From: Longimicrobiales bacterium
Lineage (GTDB): Bacteria; Gemmatimonadota; Gemmatimonadetes; Longimicrobiales; Gaopeijiaceae
Direction of reading: 5' to 3'
DNA: 64,000 nucleotides
NCBI GenBank assembly: GCA_965226375.1
Contig: CBDDCX010000008.1
Coordinates: forward strand, 1,408,001-1,472,000
Shown: piece after piece, positions 30,976-41,944 of the stretch
How positions within the stretch are numbered: position 1 is the stretch's first letter
Layout: the number at the start of each line of letters is the position of its first letter
Program-made: the position numbers and the translations under genes
Notes under the pieces: model-generated
Databases searched by the model: none
Told to the model about the DNA's origin: nothing
The model's input: only the letters and a program-made list of their open reading frames with translations

Positions 30976-32070
30976 GTGAAGGGCAAGCGTATCCTGGTCG
31001 CCATGTCGGGCGGCGTGGACTCGTCGCTCGCGGCAGCCTTGTTGGTTGAGGCGGGGCACGATGTCGTGGGTGCCACCATGAAGACGTTCTGCTACTCGGG
31101 CGACGGCGCGTCGTCGAAGACGTGCTGCGGGCTGGATGGTATCCAGGACGCTCGCAGGGTGGCCGACACTCTGGGAGTCCCACACTACGTCTTCGACGTC
31201 GAAGAGGACTTCACCCGGGACGTCATCGACGACTTCGTTTCAGAGTACGCCCGCGGCCGCACACCTAATCCATGTGTGCGCTGTAACTCCAATACGAAGT
31301 TCCTGGATCTGATGGCACGAGGGCGGGCGCTGGGGTGCGACGGTATTGCATCGGGACACTATGTCCGGATCGAGCATACGCACGCGGGCAAATCGACGCT
31401 TTTGCGGGGGATCGACAGCGGCAAAGACCAGTCGTACTTCCTCTGGGGACTTCCGAAGGACATGCTGCCATTGCTCCACTTTCCTCTCGGGGACCTCACC
31501 AAGCCTCAGGTGCGCGAAATGGCCCGAGAGCTCGGCCTCGCGACCGCGGACAAGCCCGAATCGCAAGAAATCTGTTTCGTTCCGACGGGGGACTACAGGG
31601 ATCTCTTGAGTAAGCGGCTCGAGTCTCGGCACCCGGCTCTGGAGCCGGGCCTATTGGTCTCGCCCGGTGGAGACATCCTGGGGGAGCACACCGGCTACGC
31701 CAACTTCACCGTGGGGCAGCGCAAAGGCCTGGGTGGCGGGTTCGAAGAGCCCCGCTTCGTCATCGAGATCCGCGCTGACGCTCGAGAAGTGGTCGTGGGT
31801 AGTCGTGACGAATGTGTCTCTCCGGGAGTCGAGGTCGGAGAGGTCAACTGGCTGGAAAGTCCTCTTACCCCAGGCTCACGCGTCCGGGTGCAGATCAGGT
31901 ACCGCGCAGCCGATGTGCCGGCCCTGGCCGTCTCCGTCGGGAACAGTGTGGCGCTCGCCTTCGACGAGCCACAGCACGCGGTGACGCCAGGACAATCCGC
32001 CGTCTTCTTCGATGGAGATCGGGTCCTCGGTGGCGGTCGCATCGTACGTGCGACGAGAGGTGACGACTAA
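30976..32070 (+). CDS. mnmA: tRNA 2-thiouridine(34) synthase
   Basis: VAMSGGVDSS, TPNPCVRCN, KDQSYFL, ESQEICF, TPGQSAVF; GTG start. Confidence 0.97.
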   Translation: MKGKRILVAMSGGVDSSLAAALLVEAGHDVVGATMKTFCYSGDGASSKTCCGLDGIQDARRVADTLGVPHYVFDVEEDFTRDVIDDFVSEYARGRTPNPCVRCNSNTKFLDLMARGRALGCDGIASGHYVRIEHTHAGKSTLLRGIDSGKDQSYFLWGLPKDMLPLLHFPLGDLTKPQVREMARELGLATADKPESQEICFVPTGDYRDLLSKRLESRHPALEPGLLVSPGGDILGEHTGYANFTVGQRKGLGGGFEEPRFVIEIRADAREVVVGSRDECVSPGVEVGEVNWLESPLTPGSRVRVQIRYRAADVPALAVSVGNSVALAFDEPQHAVTPGQSAVFFDGDRVLGGGRIVRATRGDD

Positions 32071-32146
32071 GAGTCACTGCCTTACCTGGATCGTCCACGA
32101 CCTCAGCTGGCGGCGATGGTCCGCCAACGTCGGGGCAACGCGTCGC

Positions 32147-33268
32147 TCAGTGCTTCAGGCCCGACGAGGACGCGAACTCCTCCATCGCCTGTTGCTGCTC
32201 TTGGGTAAGCTCCTCGGGAATGTCCACGGACACCTCCACGTACTGATCACCGACCCGCCCAGCCTTTTCCACTCCCTGCCCACGGATGCGGAACTTGGTC
32301 CCGGTCTGGGTGCCGGGCGGTATACGAAGGTGGACCTTTTTCCCGTCCACCGTCTTGACCGCCATCTTCGAGCCCAGCGTGGCCTGAGCCAGGTTGATCG
32401 GCACCGTAACATGGATGTCCAGCCCCTCCCTGCGGAAGAAACTGTGGGGCTTGACCTTGAACGTGATAATGAGATCCCCGGGCTTTCCGCCTTGATCGCC
32501 GCGCTCCCCCTGGCCTGTAGCCCTGATCTTCGCTCCCGGCTCTACACCCTTCGGCACCGTGATCTGGATCCTGCGGTCCTGACGAACCGTCCCGCTGCCA
32601 GCACACGACTTGCAGGGACTCTCGGGAATCCGCCCTCGACCGAAGCAGGCAGGGCAAGGTCGGCTCACCGCGAACCCACCCTGCCCGAACGAGATGGTCC
32701 CACTCCCTGAACATTCGCTGCAACGCTTGGTGTCCGTCCCGGGACTAGCTCCCGACCCACCGCAGGTGGCACACGCTTCCGTGATGGGAACGTCGATGGA
32801 GATTTTCCCGCCCTGGACGGCAGTCTTGAATGAGATCTCCACGACATACTCGACGTTGTGTCCTTTCCTGGGACCTTTGGGTCTGGACTCGTCAGGACCT
32901 TTGCCCCCACGATCGAAGATCGAACTGAAGATGTCCCCGAGACCTCCGAACCCCTGGAGATCCTCGAACGAAAAGCTACCGCCCGGCTGGGCGCCTTGGG
33001 CACTACCCCTCGGTGCTTCCCGGCCCCTGCCAAAACCAAAGCTCGAAAGGCGCCGCATGTTGTCGTACTGCTTCCGTTTTTCCGGATCCGACAGCACGCT
33101 GTAGGCCTCACCAACTTCCTTGAAGCGATCGGCGGCCTTGTTATTTCCGGGGTTCGCGTCGGGATGGTACTTCTTGGCGAGCTTACGGTACGTTTTCTTG
33201 ATCTCGTCCTGTTTAGCCTTGTCCGAGATCCCGAGGGTCTTGTAGAAGTCCTTGGTCGCAGTCGACAC
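32147..33268 (-). CDS. dnaJ: Chaperone DnaJ
   Basis: J domain with HPD, G/F-rich region, four CxxCxGxG repeats. Confidence 0.96.
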   Translation of the reverse strand: MSTATKDFYKTLGISDKAKQDEIKKTYRKLAKKYHPDANPGNNKAADRFKEVGEAYSVLSDPEKRKQYDNMRRLSSFGFGRGREAPRGSAQGAQPGGSFSFEDLQGFGGLGDIFSSIFDRGGKGPDESRPKGPRKGHNVEYVVEISFKTAVQGGKISIDVPITEACATCGGSGASPGTDTKRCSECSGSGTISFGQGGFAVSRPCPACFGRGRIPESPCKSCAGSGTVRQDRRIQITVPKGVEPGAKIRATGQGERGDQGGKPGDLIITFKVKPHSFFRREGLDIHVTVPINLAQATLGSKMAVKTVDGKKVHLRIPPGTQTGTKFRIRGQGVEKAGRVGDQYVEVSVDIPEELTQEQQQAMEEFASSSGLKH

Positions 33269-33288
33269 GATTCTCCGCTGTCCTCCGC

Positions 33289-33927
33289 CTACTCGTGCTT
33301 GAACACGGTCACCCGGGAGGGACGCACCAGGTGGCCTTTGAAGAGATACCCCTTCTGGAACACGTCCTGCACCGTATGATCCTCGTCCGGTGATTCGGTC
33401 GGGACGGTGACCATAGCCTCCATCAGGTTGGGATCGAATTCGTCACCGATGGGCTCGAGCACCTCTACCCCGGCAAGCTCCAGAGCTTGCCGAAATTTTC
33501 GCTCGACCAGATCCACCCCCTCCACCAAAGCCTCTACCGTCGTCGATTCAGGCTGCCACGCCCCAACTCGCTGCAAATCGTCCAGGCCATCGAGGAACGT
33601 ACGGAGCAGATCCGCCTGTCCCCTTGCCCAAGCCTCCGAGAGTTCGGTCTCCGCCCGCCGGCGGTAGTTGGTGAACTCGGCGGCCAGACGCAAATGACGA
33701 TCGTTCAAAGTGGTCAACTCAGTTTGCAGGTGATCCAGATCTCGAACCAGCCCTTCCTCGGCCTCCTGCTCCTCCAAGGCCTCGGGTGAAACCTGGCGCC
33801 CAGACGGTGAACCGCCGGTCGGATCGACATCACGGTCGACCGCCTCGCTCTGATCGGCATCCACGCCGGGCTCGGCTGGGTTCGATTCGGCCCTCTCTTC
33901 GGGGGTCTCGGCTACGTTGTCGCTCAT
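33289..33927 (-). CDS. grpE: Nucleotide exchange factor GrpE
   Basis: LRLAAEFTNYRRR, FDPNLMEA, FQKGY...RPSRVTV. Confidence 0.95.
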   Translation of the reverse strand: MSDNVAETPEERAESNPAEPGVDADQSEAVDRDVDPTGGSPSGRQVSPEALEEQEAEEGLVRDLDHLQTELTTLNDRHLRLAAEFTNYRRRAETELSEAWARGQADLLRTFLDGLDDLQRVGAWQPESTTVEALVEGVDLVERKFRQALELAGVEVLEPIGDEFDPNLMEAMVTVPTESPDEDHTVQDVFQKGYLFKGHLVRPSRVTVFKHE

Positions 33928-34032
33928 GCTCGTCTCGATGGTGGGTCCGCAGGACCACGCTTCCTATTACGTGTTGGTGAATTTACTTCTTCTGAGCGGA
34001 TGTGGGAGGCCCTACCACCACACACTGTTCGA

Positions 34033-34887
34033 TCACGAGCCACCCGTCCGAGGGAAGTTGTCGTCGAGCCAGGTGCCGGTCCGTGCAAAGACCTGTCCTC
34101 TCTCGGGCTCGTTGTGCGGCTCGTGAAGCGATCCTTCGAGTCGGCACGTCTCGATGTCCGGCGCCGACACACGCTCCAAGAAGTCCAAGGTCGCCTCGGG
34201 ATCCACCACCTGATCCGCCTGTGGGACCAGGAACAGCACCGGGCCTGATAGACTCTGCGAGTCGGCGAGGGCCAACTTCTGGGCGTCGATGACCGCCCAG
34301 TAGAGACCGGGCGTGACGAATTGGCGGACCAACGGATCGTCCAGGTAGGCCCTTTGCCGCTCTGGATCACGCGTCAGTGTCTCCGGGGCGAGTTCACCGG
34401 AACCCGAATTTCAGGTGCGATCCTCTTCAGTACGTGCCCGAGTACGACCTTCCACCAGGGCGTCTTCAACTTCGTCGCCAACCACGGGGCGGAGATCACC
34501 GCTCCCGCCACAGAGTCAGAGCGCGTCTGCAGGTAACGCACCACGACGAGCCCCCCCCATGGATTGGCCCCACAGAATGACCGGGACATCGCAAGGCTCG
34601 GCATTCACGCTGGTGAGCACGACGTCCAGGTCTGCCAGGAACTCGTCGAAGTGGGCGACAAAGGCCGGCCGACCTCCGGAAAGGCCGTGACCTCTCTGGT
34701 CGAACGCGACCACACGGAACCCGGCCCCGGTCAGGAATTCAGCCACCAAATCGTAACGACCACTGTGCTCTCCGTAGCCGTGGACCAGAACCACGACGCC
34801 GCGTGGCTCCGTCTCCGGCTGCCAGGAGCTCCAGCAAAGGCGAACGCCGTCGTGGGCCGTGAGCGTTCCACCGTCGGACCGATTCAA
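34033..34887 (-). pseudogene. Alpha/beta hydrolase (lysophospholipase-like), split by two single-base indels
   Basis: HGYGEHSGRY, DQRGHG, GQSMGG, then LVVVRY in another frame, then D and HE motifs back in the first frame; indels near 34551-34558 and 34392. Confidence 0.8.
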
Positions 34888-36152
34888 CGCTCCCCCGTCA
34901 TCATTCGGAACAGAAGGTGGAGCGCCGCCTGCGCAGCGCGCTCCCGAATGGCTTCCCGATCTCCCGGGAATATCCGGTGAGAGACAACGACCCGATCTTC
35001 AAGCGAGACCCCGTACCAGACCGTCCCTACCGGCTTCTCCTCCGCGCCTCCTCTAGGCCCGGCGACGCCGGTAATTCCGACACCTACATCCGCGCCGAAC
35101 CGCTCTGCTACGCCACGAGCCATACCCTCCGCCACGGCCTCGGATACCGCTCCCTCCGCCTCGACGACGGACTCTGCCACACCCAAGAGGTCGTTCTTGA
35201 TTTCGTGGGCGTATGCGATGATCCCGCCAAGGAAGTAATCAGACGACCCTGCACGATCCGTGATGCGCTTGGCCAGGAGGCCACCCGTACAGCTCTCGGC
35301 AACCGCCAACGACAGACCACGCCGACCGCACTCCTCCGCAACCGCTTCAACCAGGTCACCGCTCTCCGCATCAAACCGGTACGGAGCCAGAATCGGACTC
35401 AACAACCTCTCGGCGTCATCCAGGCGCCCACGGGCCTGGTCCGGAGTGCCCACCGTGGATACGCGTATCGAAACGCCCCCGAGATAGGGGAGAGAGGCGA
35501 GCGTCACCCGACTGGGCAATTCCGCTGCGACGGCGTCCAGCCGCTCGCCCAGAACCGACTCCGAGATCCCGGTGGTGTGAATCGTCCGATGAACCAGTGG
35601 GGCGAGGCGAGCCCCAAAATGCCGGCGAATGCGGCCTTCGATCTCAGCCTCGTACATCTCGTACAACTCTCGAGGGACGCCTGGCGTGAGCACGACGACC
35701 CCACCCTCCCGATCGATCCAGAGGCCGGGAGCGCTCCCACGGGTGTTCGGAATCACCGATGCGCCCCGGGGGACCTGGGCTTGTACAACGTTGCTCGGTG
35801 GAAACTCCTTGAAGCCACGAGCGAGGAAGCGCTCCCGAAGGTCGTCGAGTACGTCTTGATCCAGCTCGAGCTCCAGGCCAAAAAAATCGGCTACGGCCGG
35901 CCTCGTGAGATCGTCGGTCGTTGGGCCAAGTCCTCCGGTAACCAGAACCAGGTCCGCGAGCCCCAGTCCCTCAGAAACGCCCCCCTGTATGGAATCCGGA
36001 TCGTCCCCGACGACCATACGCTTGATGACCGGAACCCCCAGGGAAGCCAGCCGCTTGCTGAGCCATGAACCATTGGTCTCGACGGTCTCACCGGAGAGCA
36101 ACTCCTCACCGACGGTGACGACGACAGCGTGCGTCTCACTGCGCTCGTTCAT
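34884..36152 (-). CDS. cinA: Competence/damage-inducible protein CinA (with PncC NMN deamidase domain)
   Basis: VGEELLSG, TGGLGPTTDDLT, AESCTGG, GAVS, ITGVAGP. Confidence 0.94.
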   Translation of the reverse strand: MNERSETHAVVVTVGEELLSGETVETNGSWLSKRLASLGVPVIKRMVVGDDPDSIQGGVSEGLGLADLVLVTGGLGPTTDDLTRPAVADFFGLELELDQDVLDDLRERFLARGFKEFPPSNVVQAQVPRGASVIPNTRGSAPGLWIDREGGVVVLTPGVPRELYEMYEAEIEGRIRRHFGARLAPLVHRTIHTTGISESVLGERLDAVAAELPSRVTLASLPYLGGVSIRVSTVGTPDQARGRLDDAERLLSPILAPYRFDAESGDLVEAVAEECGRRGLSLAVAESCTGGLLAKRITDRAGSSDYFLGGIIAYAHEIKNDLLGVAESVVEAEGAVSEAVAEGMARGVAERFGADVGVGITGVAGPRGGAEEKPVGTVWYGVSLEDRVVVSHRIFPGDREAIRERAAQAALHLLFRMMTGER

Positions 36153-36157
36153 GGCGG

Positions 36158-36799
36158 TCAGCCCCGAACGCCGATAAGCGCTCGATAGCTCCACAGGTAG
36201 TCGAACATGGAGTACACGGTGAGAACCAGTGCCAACGCGAGCGTGACGCCGATCCAGGCGGAGTGAAGCTGCGTCCAGGCCGCCCACAGCAGGCCCTCCC
36301 ATTCCCAGACGTTTGCGCTCTCCGTGAGCGGATACCAAAGAAGAAGGCCGCCCGAGAACAGATTCTGTATGAAGGCCTTGTACTTGCCCGATTGGCCGGC
36401 AGCGATGACCACGTCGTGGTAGGCAGCCCACTGCCGAAAAGCAGTCACAAGCAATTCGCGGCCGAAGATGACGATCATCACCCACATGGGGAGCATTCCC
36501 CACCACGGGACCAGCCATTCGTCTCCACCTCGGTGGGAGATCAAGTAGAAGGGGATGAAGGTCGATAGGAGGAGCAGTTTGTCGGCCAGGGGATCGAGGA
36601 GCTTGCCGACATCAGTGATCCACCCGTGTTTGCGTGCCAGGTAGCCATCCCAGAGATCGGAAAGCCCTGCCACCACGAAGAGGAAAAAAGCACCGTAGCG
36701 CACACCCACGGACGGAGCGATCGCCATCGCGAAAATCGCGGGGCACGCCAAGATCCGGCCGATGGTTATGAGATTGGGGAGATTGCGGCTCCCGGACAT
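36158..36799 (-). CDS. pgsA: CDP-diacylglycerol--glycerol-3-phosphate phosphatidyltransferase
   Basis: NLPNLITIGR, DLWDGYLARK...GKLLDPLADK. Confidence 0.9.
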   Translation of the reverse strand: MSGSRNLPNLITIGRILACPAIFAMAIAPSVGVRYGAFFLFVVAGLSDLWDGYLARKHGWITDVGKLLDPLADKLLLLSTFIPFYLISHRGGDEWLVPWWGMLPMWVMIVIFGRELLVTAFRQWAAYHDVVIAAGQSGKYKAFIQNLFSGGLLLWYPLTESANVWEWEGLLWAAWTQLHSAWIGVTLALALVLTVYSMFDYLWSYRALIGVRG

Positions 36800-36806
36800 G
36801 GTCGCC

Positions 36807-37385
<579 letters not shown>

Positions 37386-37572
37386 GATCGGCTACACCCG
37401 TTTCGGGTTGTACGAATGGATCAATCCCGCCAAGCGGTCCCCCGTGATCTCGGCCCCCACATACGGAGCAAGTTGGGATTCAATGTCGTCCAGGACGGCG
37501 ACGAAGATGAGACATTCATCCCCCGCGGGAAAGGGACGGGTAAAGGTCGGGCACCCGCACACACTGAGCAAC

Positions 37573-37875
37573 CTACCCCGCAGGCAGAACACCACGCGTT
37601 GCGTCCTCCTCCATTCGGCCGACGATCGCCTGGGCGCGACGGCGCAGCGCAGCCCTGGGTTCCCATGCCACGAAGTCCTTGAGAAGATTGATGTGATCGA
37701 CGGAGGCCTCGGCCTTGGCCATGAAACCGAGCGCTGCCAACCGTCGAAGGAAAGACGGACTGAAAAGGTCCCGGCTATGCCGCTTGATCTGATCGCGAAT
37801 CACGAAGGCTGCCACTGCACCCGCCGCCGCCGCGGCAAGGACCGCAAACCCCGTGTTCTTAAGGCGCTTGTCCAT
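37573..37875 (-). CDS. Conserved-looking hypothetical protein
   Basis: 100-aa ORF 3 bp downstream of recR; N-terminal hydrophobic helix followed by a HEAT-like RRLAALG. Confidence 0.7.
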   Translation of the reverse strand: MDKRLKNTGFAVLAAAAAGAVAAFVIRDQIKRHSRDLFSPSFLRRLAALGFMAKAEASVDHINLLKDFVAWEPRAALRRRAQAIVGRMEEDATRGVLPAG

Positions 37876-37878
37876 TCC

Positions 37879-38472
37879 CTACATCTCCCGTCGACCGGCC
37901 AGGGCTTCGACGATGGTCGAACCGTCAACGTATTCCAGGTCGCTCCCCACCGGAATCCCTCTCGCCAGACGGGTTACGCGTGGCCCCTTGCTTCTGATCA
38001 AACCCTCCAGGTAGACCGCCGTCGCCTCGCCCTCGACACTCGAATTCGTCGCTACGATTACCTCCTCGACCCTACCGCCGGACTCCTGGATTCGATCCAG
38101 CAGGGGGACGATGGACAACTCCTCGGGTCCGATTCCGTCCAGAGGCGACAGCCGCCCTCCGAGCACATGGTAGACCCCTCGGTACTCTCCCGATCTCTCG
38201 ATGGCCCCAACCTCGAAGGCCTCCTCTACCACACAGAGGATCGTCCCGTCACGCCTCGGATCGCTGCAGATCTCACAGCGCTCCGTTTCGCTGAAATTGC
38301 CACACGTCGCACACGGCCGAATCCGCTCGGCCACGTCACGAATCGCCCCGGCCAACCTGACGGCCTCTTCGCGGGGTCGTTTCATGAGATGGTAAACGAG
38401 TCGTTGAGCCGTCTTCGGGCCGACGCCCGGAAGCCGAGAGAATTCCGCTGTCAGCTGCTGGATGACCGACAC
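37879..38472 (-). CDS. recR: Recombination mediator RecR
   Basis: LPGVGPKTAQR HhH, C4 zinc finger, Toprim EGEATA, RLARGIPVG. Confidence 0.97.
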   Translation of the reverse strand: MSVIQQLTAEFSRLPGVGPKTAQRLVYHLMKRPREEAVRLAGAIRDVAERIRPCATCGNFSETERCEICSDPRRDGTILCVVEEAFEVGAIERSGEYRGVYHVLGGRLSPLDGIGPEELSIVPLLDRIQESGGRVEEVIVATNSSVEGEATAVYLEGLIRSKGPRVTRLARGIPVGSDLEYVDGSTIVEALAGRREM

Positions 38473-38511
38473 TAGGAGGGTGTAGTTCCGTGAGGGCGAA
38501 CGGGCACGCTG

Positions 38512-38835
38512 CTAGAAGAGGCCCGGAAGCTGGATCGGCATGCCACCTGCAGCCTTTCGCATTTCTTCTTCGTACTGGCCCTGAGCCTTGTGTTGTGCTT
38601 CGGCGATAGCCGCCTGCACCAGATCTTCAAGCATCTCGACGTCCTCCGGGTCGACAACGGTAGGATCGATGGCGATTCTCGAAACCGTACCCTTACCGTC
38701 AACCGTGGCGGTCACCATTCCCCCACCGGACGAAGCAGAAATTTCTCGAGCCGAGAGATCTTCCTGCAGCTTGGTCATGCGCTCCTGGAGCTGCTGGCCC
38801 ATCTGCATGAGTTGTTGGAGATTCGTCATCGTCAA
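38512..38835 (-). CDS. ybaB: YbaB/EbfC nucleoid-associated protein
   Basis: SGGGMVT...IDP...DVEMLEDLV; lies between dnaX and recR. Confidence 0.95.
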   Translation of the reverse strand: MTMTNLQQLMQMGQQLQERMTKLQEDLSAREISASSGGGMVTATVDGKGTVSRIAIDPTVVDPEDVEMLEDLVQAAIAEAQHKAQGQYEEEMRKAAGGMPIQLPGLF

Positions 38836-38860
38836 GTCCTTGTCTTACAACATGTTGCAA

Positions 38861-40594
38861 TCAGTCCAGTAACTCCAAGTCAAGTTCTTCTACCGCGTGT
38901 TGAAGAAGCGGTTCCCGTTGGATCAGCTCTTTGAGCCGGTCACCCCGCACCGTCTCGGGTGTGATCCGCTCCGGCTTTTCCTGAGACCCTTCGCTCGTGG
39001 CCCGAACAACGATCTCGGGTCGATCACCCATCAGTGTCTCGAGGGCAGTCTGTAGCGTCTTGAGCGCGGTCTGCTCCCTCAGGCGCTCCAGTCCGGGGCC
39101 GGCCGGAAGCCCGACAACCAAGGCGCCGTCATCATCGACCTCCACGACAGCCGCCCGCAGGAACGGTCTCATACCCGGAGGGACCCCTTTTCCTTCATCC
39201 ACGAGGCGGGCCCACGCCTCGGTCGGGCCCAACCCGGCAACAGCAGACTCAGGCCCCTCACCTGTCGTATCCATAGGGGAAGGCACGTCGACACGACCCG
39301 GGGTCACCGACGAATCCGCCTTCTCGGCGGGCTCCTGCGGGTCGAGCTCCCCAGTCGACACCTCACCAGGCGCAGCGGATGACGACTCGTCGGACGGGCG
39401 CCCGAGTCCGCCGCCCGAGGCTCCTGAAGCCGGGTCCATCTGTGGCGAAGTCCCACCGAGGCTATTGAGCAGCTCCTCCAAGCTCACGGTGCGATCGATG
39501 TAACTCAGCCGGAGCAGGAGCATCTCGAGTAGGACCTGAGGATTCGCGCTCCGCCGGAGGCTTCCGGAGCTCTCCAGCTCCGAAGCCAACGAGAGCATGC
39601 GTACGATGTCGGCTGGCTGGAACGGCTGTAGACATGTTTCGAAAGCTTGTCGGACCTCCCCGTCCAGCTCCGGCGGATCGCCACCCAGGGAGAGGCGAAG
39701 GAGAGACCGCAGAGCATCTACCAGGCCATGATAGAACTCTACGAGATCGTACCCCTCGTCGAGGAGTCGCTCCACGAAGGCAAAAACCTCTCCATGCTGC
39801 CGGCTGGCCAGGATGTCCATGAATTCCAGGTAACGTTCGGTCTCCACCAGGCCGAGCACCCGCCTAACGGACTCCTGGGTGACCTCTCCTCCGGTCAGCG
39901 CGATGACCTGATCCAGCAACGAGAGAGCGTCTCGCATTCCCCCGTCCGCCTTGCGAGCGATGGTCCGGAGGGCATCGTCAGGCGCCTTAGACCCTTCCCC
40001 CTCGAGGACGACCGAGAGCCGTGACATGATATCCGCGACGCCGATGCGTCTGAAGTCGAAACGCTGGCAGCGTGACAGGATGGGCGCAGCCGTCTGCTGA
40101 ATCTTCTGTGGCTCAGTAGTCGCGAAGACGAAAATCACTCGTGGGGGCGGTTCTTCGAGGATCTTGAGCAGTGCGTTCCACGCCTCTCGCGTGAGCATGT
40201 GCGCCTCGTCCACGATATAGACCTTATAGCTTCCTTCCTGCGAAGGAGCGTACATGGCCCGTTCACGCAACTGACGCGCGTCGTCTACGCCTCTATTGGA
40301 TGCAGCGTCGATCTCGACAACGTCCAGGGCCGTCTGGCCACCCCAGATCCTGGAGCAGCTGTCACACTTGCCGCAGGGTTCACCCGATTCGTCTCGGCCG
40401 GCACAGTTGAGAGCCATGGCCAGGACACGGGCCAGGGTGGTCTTGCCCACTCCGCGCGGCCCGCAGAAGAGGTACGCGTGCCCCACCCTGGCGTCCGCCA
40501 CTGCGCGACGCAGGGTCTCCGAGACATGCTCTTGGGTCGCCACGTCGGCGAATCGCCGGGGGCGATATTTTCGGGCCAGGGCTATGTGGGACAC
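38861..40594 (-). CDS. dnaX: DNA polymerase III subunit gamma/tau
   Basis: ALARKYRP, GPRGVGKTT, EIDAAS, DEAHML, SRC; GTG start at 40594. Confidence 0.97.
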   Translation of the reverse strand: MSHIALARKYRPRRFADVATQEHVSETLRRAVADARVGHAYLFCGPRGVGKTTLARVLAMALNCAGRDESGEPCGKCDSCSRIWGGQTALDVVEIDAASNRGVDDARQLRERAMYAPSQEGSYKVYIVDEAHMLTREAWNALLKILEEPPPRVIFVFATTEPQKIQQTAAPILSRCQRFDFRRIGVADIMSRLSVVLEGEGSKAPDDALRTIARKADGGMRDALSLLDQVIALTGGEVTQESVRRVLGLVETERYLEFMDILASRQHGEVFAFVERLLDEGYDLVEFYHGLVDALRSLLRLSLGGDPPELDGEVRQAFETCLQPFQPADIVRMLSLASELESSGSLRRSANPQVLLEMLLLRLSYIDRTVSLEELLNSLGGTSPQMDPASGASGGGLGRPSDESSSAAPGEVSTGELDPQEPAEKADSSVTPGRVDVPSPMDTTGEGPESAVAGLGPTEAWARLVDEGKGVPPGMRPFLRAAVVEVDDDGALVVGLPAGPGLERLREQTALKTLQTALETLMGDRPEIVVRATSEGSQEKPERITPETVRGDRLKELIQREPLLQHAVEELDLELLD

Positions 40595-40647
40595 GGACGT
40601 ACGCTTCGAGAGCCGGCTGGTGCAGCGGAGAGCCACACTAGAAGAAA

Positions 40648-40746
40648 GTGCCCCAGGCGACCCGCAGCGACGATCACACACTTACCGCTGCTACCGGCAA
40701 GGTCCTGACGGAGTTCGTGGGCTTTCGCCCTACGGACCTGGGGCAC
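40648..40746 (-). ncRNA. ffs: Signal recognition particle (4.5S) RNA
   Basis: 99-nt rod closed by GUGCCCCAGG/CCUGGGGCAC; core GAACUCCGUCAGG...AGCAGCGGUAAG; directly upstream of dnaX. Confidence 0.9.
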
Positions 40747-40750
40747 GAGA

Positions 40751-40779
40751 AAGTTAGAGCCCCCCGCGCGGAGCGTCAA
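40751..40779 (-). promoter_or_regulatory. sigma70-type promoter of ffs-dnaX
   Basis: TTGACG, 17 bp spacer, TAACTT, ending 4 bp before the RNA stem. Confidence 0.7.
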
Positions 40780-40831
40780 CGCCCTGCGGGGCCACAAAGC
40801 AGGAAGTACGCGGGTTTTTCGCGTTTTCGGC

Positions 40832-41191
40832 TCATTCCATCCAGGCGCCCTCGACATGCTCGATTTCCATGGTCCCGGCTCCGTCCGAGTAAACCGAGAC
40901 GGCATCGAATCGATAAGACACGGCCTCGATCCGACTGCGCTCCATCCACAGCCGCGCCGCCACCGAAATGGCTCGGCGCTTCCGCCACGTGATGGCCTTC
41001 AACGGGTGGCCGAACCCCGGGCCACTCCGCCCCTTTACCTCCACGAAGGCCACGAGCCCGTCCTTCAAAATGACGAGATCGATCTCCTTCCGAAGGAAGC
41101 GGACGTTTCGATCCACGACCGTCCAACCCCGGTCACGAAGAAGGGCCTCGGCGAGATCCTCGAAACGTCGTCCGCGGTCCACGGTATTCAT
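40832..41191 (-). CDS. yraN: YraN family protein
   Basis: GRRFEDLA, EIDLV, FVEVKGR, RFDAV. Confidence 0.92.
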   Translation of the reverse strand: MNTVDRGRRFEDLAEALLRDRGWTVVDRNVRFLRKEIDLVILKDGLVAFVEVKGRSGPGFGHPLKAITWRKRRAISVAARLWMERSRIEAVSYRFDAVSVYSDGAGTMEIEHVEGAWME

Positions 41192-41944
41192 TGGTCGGAT
41201 TCGGGTCGAGAGGCATTGGGGTGCGGGTGTCAACGATCGCGGATAATACGGGGCTGGAACATGGTTGGAACGGCCGAGCCTTGCCCACGCCCTATTCGCT
41301 GGAAGGGGGCCTACGAGGGCCCTCGCACCGATCGGCCGATCGCGCTCGCGATAACCCGGATCTGCTCCATGAGTTCGCCGAATTGATTCGGATACAGCGA
41401 CTGAGCGCCGTCCGACAACGCTTGGGGAGGATTCGGATGCACCTCGATCATGAGGCCGTCGGCCCCCGCCGCCACTGAAGCCCGAGCCATGGGAATGACC
41501 TTGTCCCGAATCCCGGTCCCATGACTCGGATCAGCAATCATGGGCAGGTGTGAGAGAGACTTCACGACGGGGACAGCGGTGAGATCGAGGAGGTTTCGAG
41601 TGTGATTGTCAAAGCTCCGCACCCCCCGTTCACAGAGAATGACGTCGTCATTTCCCTCGGCCAGCAGGTACTCGGCGGCTAGAAGCAACTCGTTGAGAGT
41701 TGCGGACATGCCCCGCTTCAGAAGGACGGGCTTTTCGCACTGCCCGGCTCGCCTGAGTAGCGGGTAGTTCTGCATGTTCCGCGCTCCGATCTGGATGACG
41801 TCGGCGTACTCAGCCACCAGATCCACCCCATCCGGGTCCAGAGCCTCGGTGACGATGGCCAGTCCTGTGGCTTCCTTGGCCAGAGAGAGCATCTGCAGGC
41901 CCTCCGGAACCTGTCAACGACAATGGGACACTCTACGGGATTAA

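Noticed and set aside
37392..37595. 67-aa ORF as mglB
   Set aside because: Too short, overlaps the upstream gene and shows no roadblock pattern that I can recognise.
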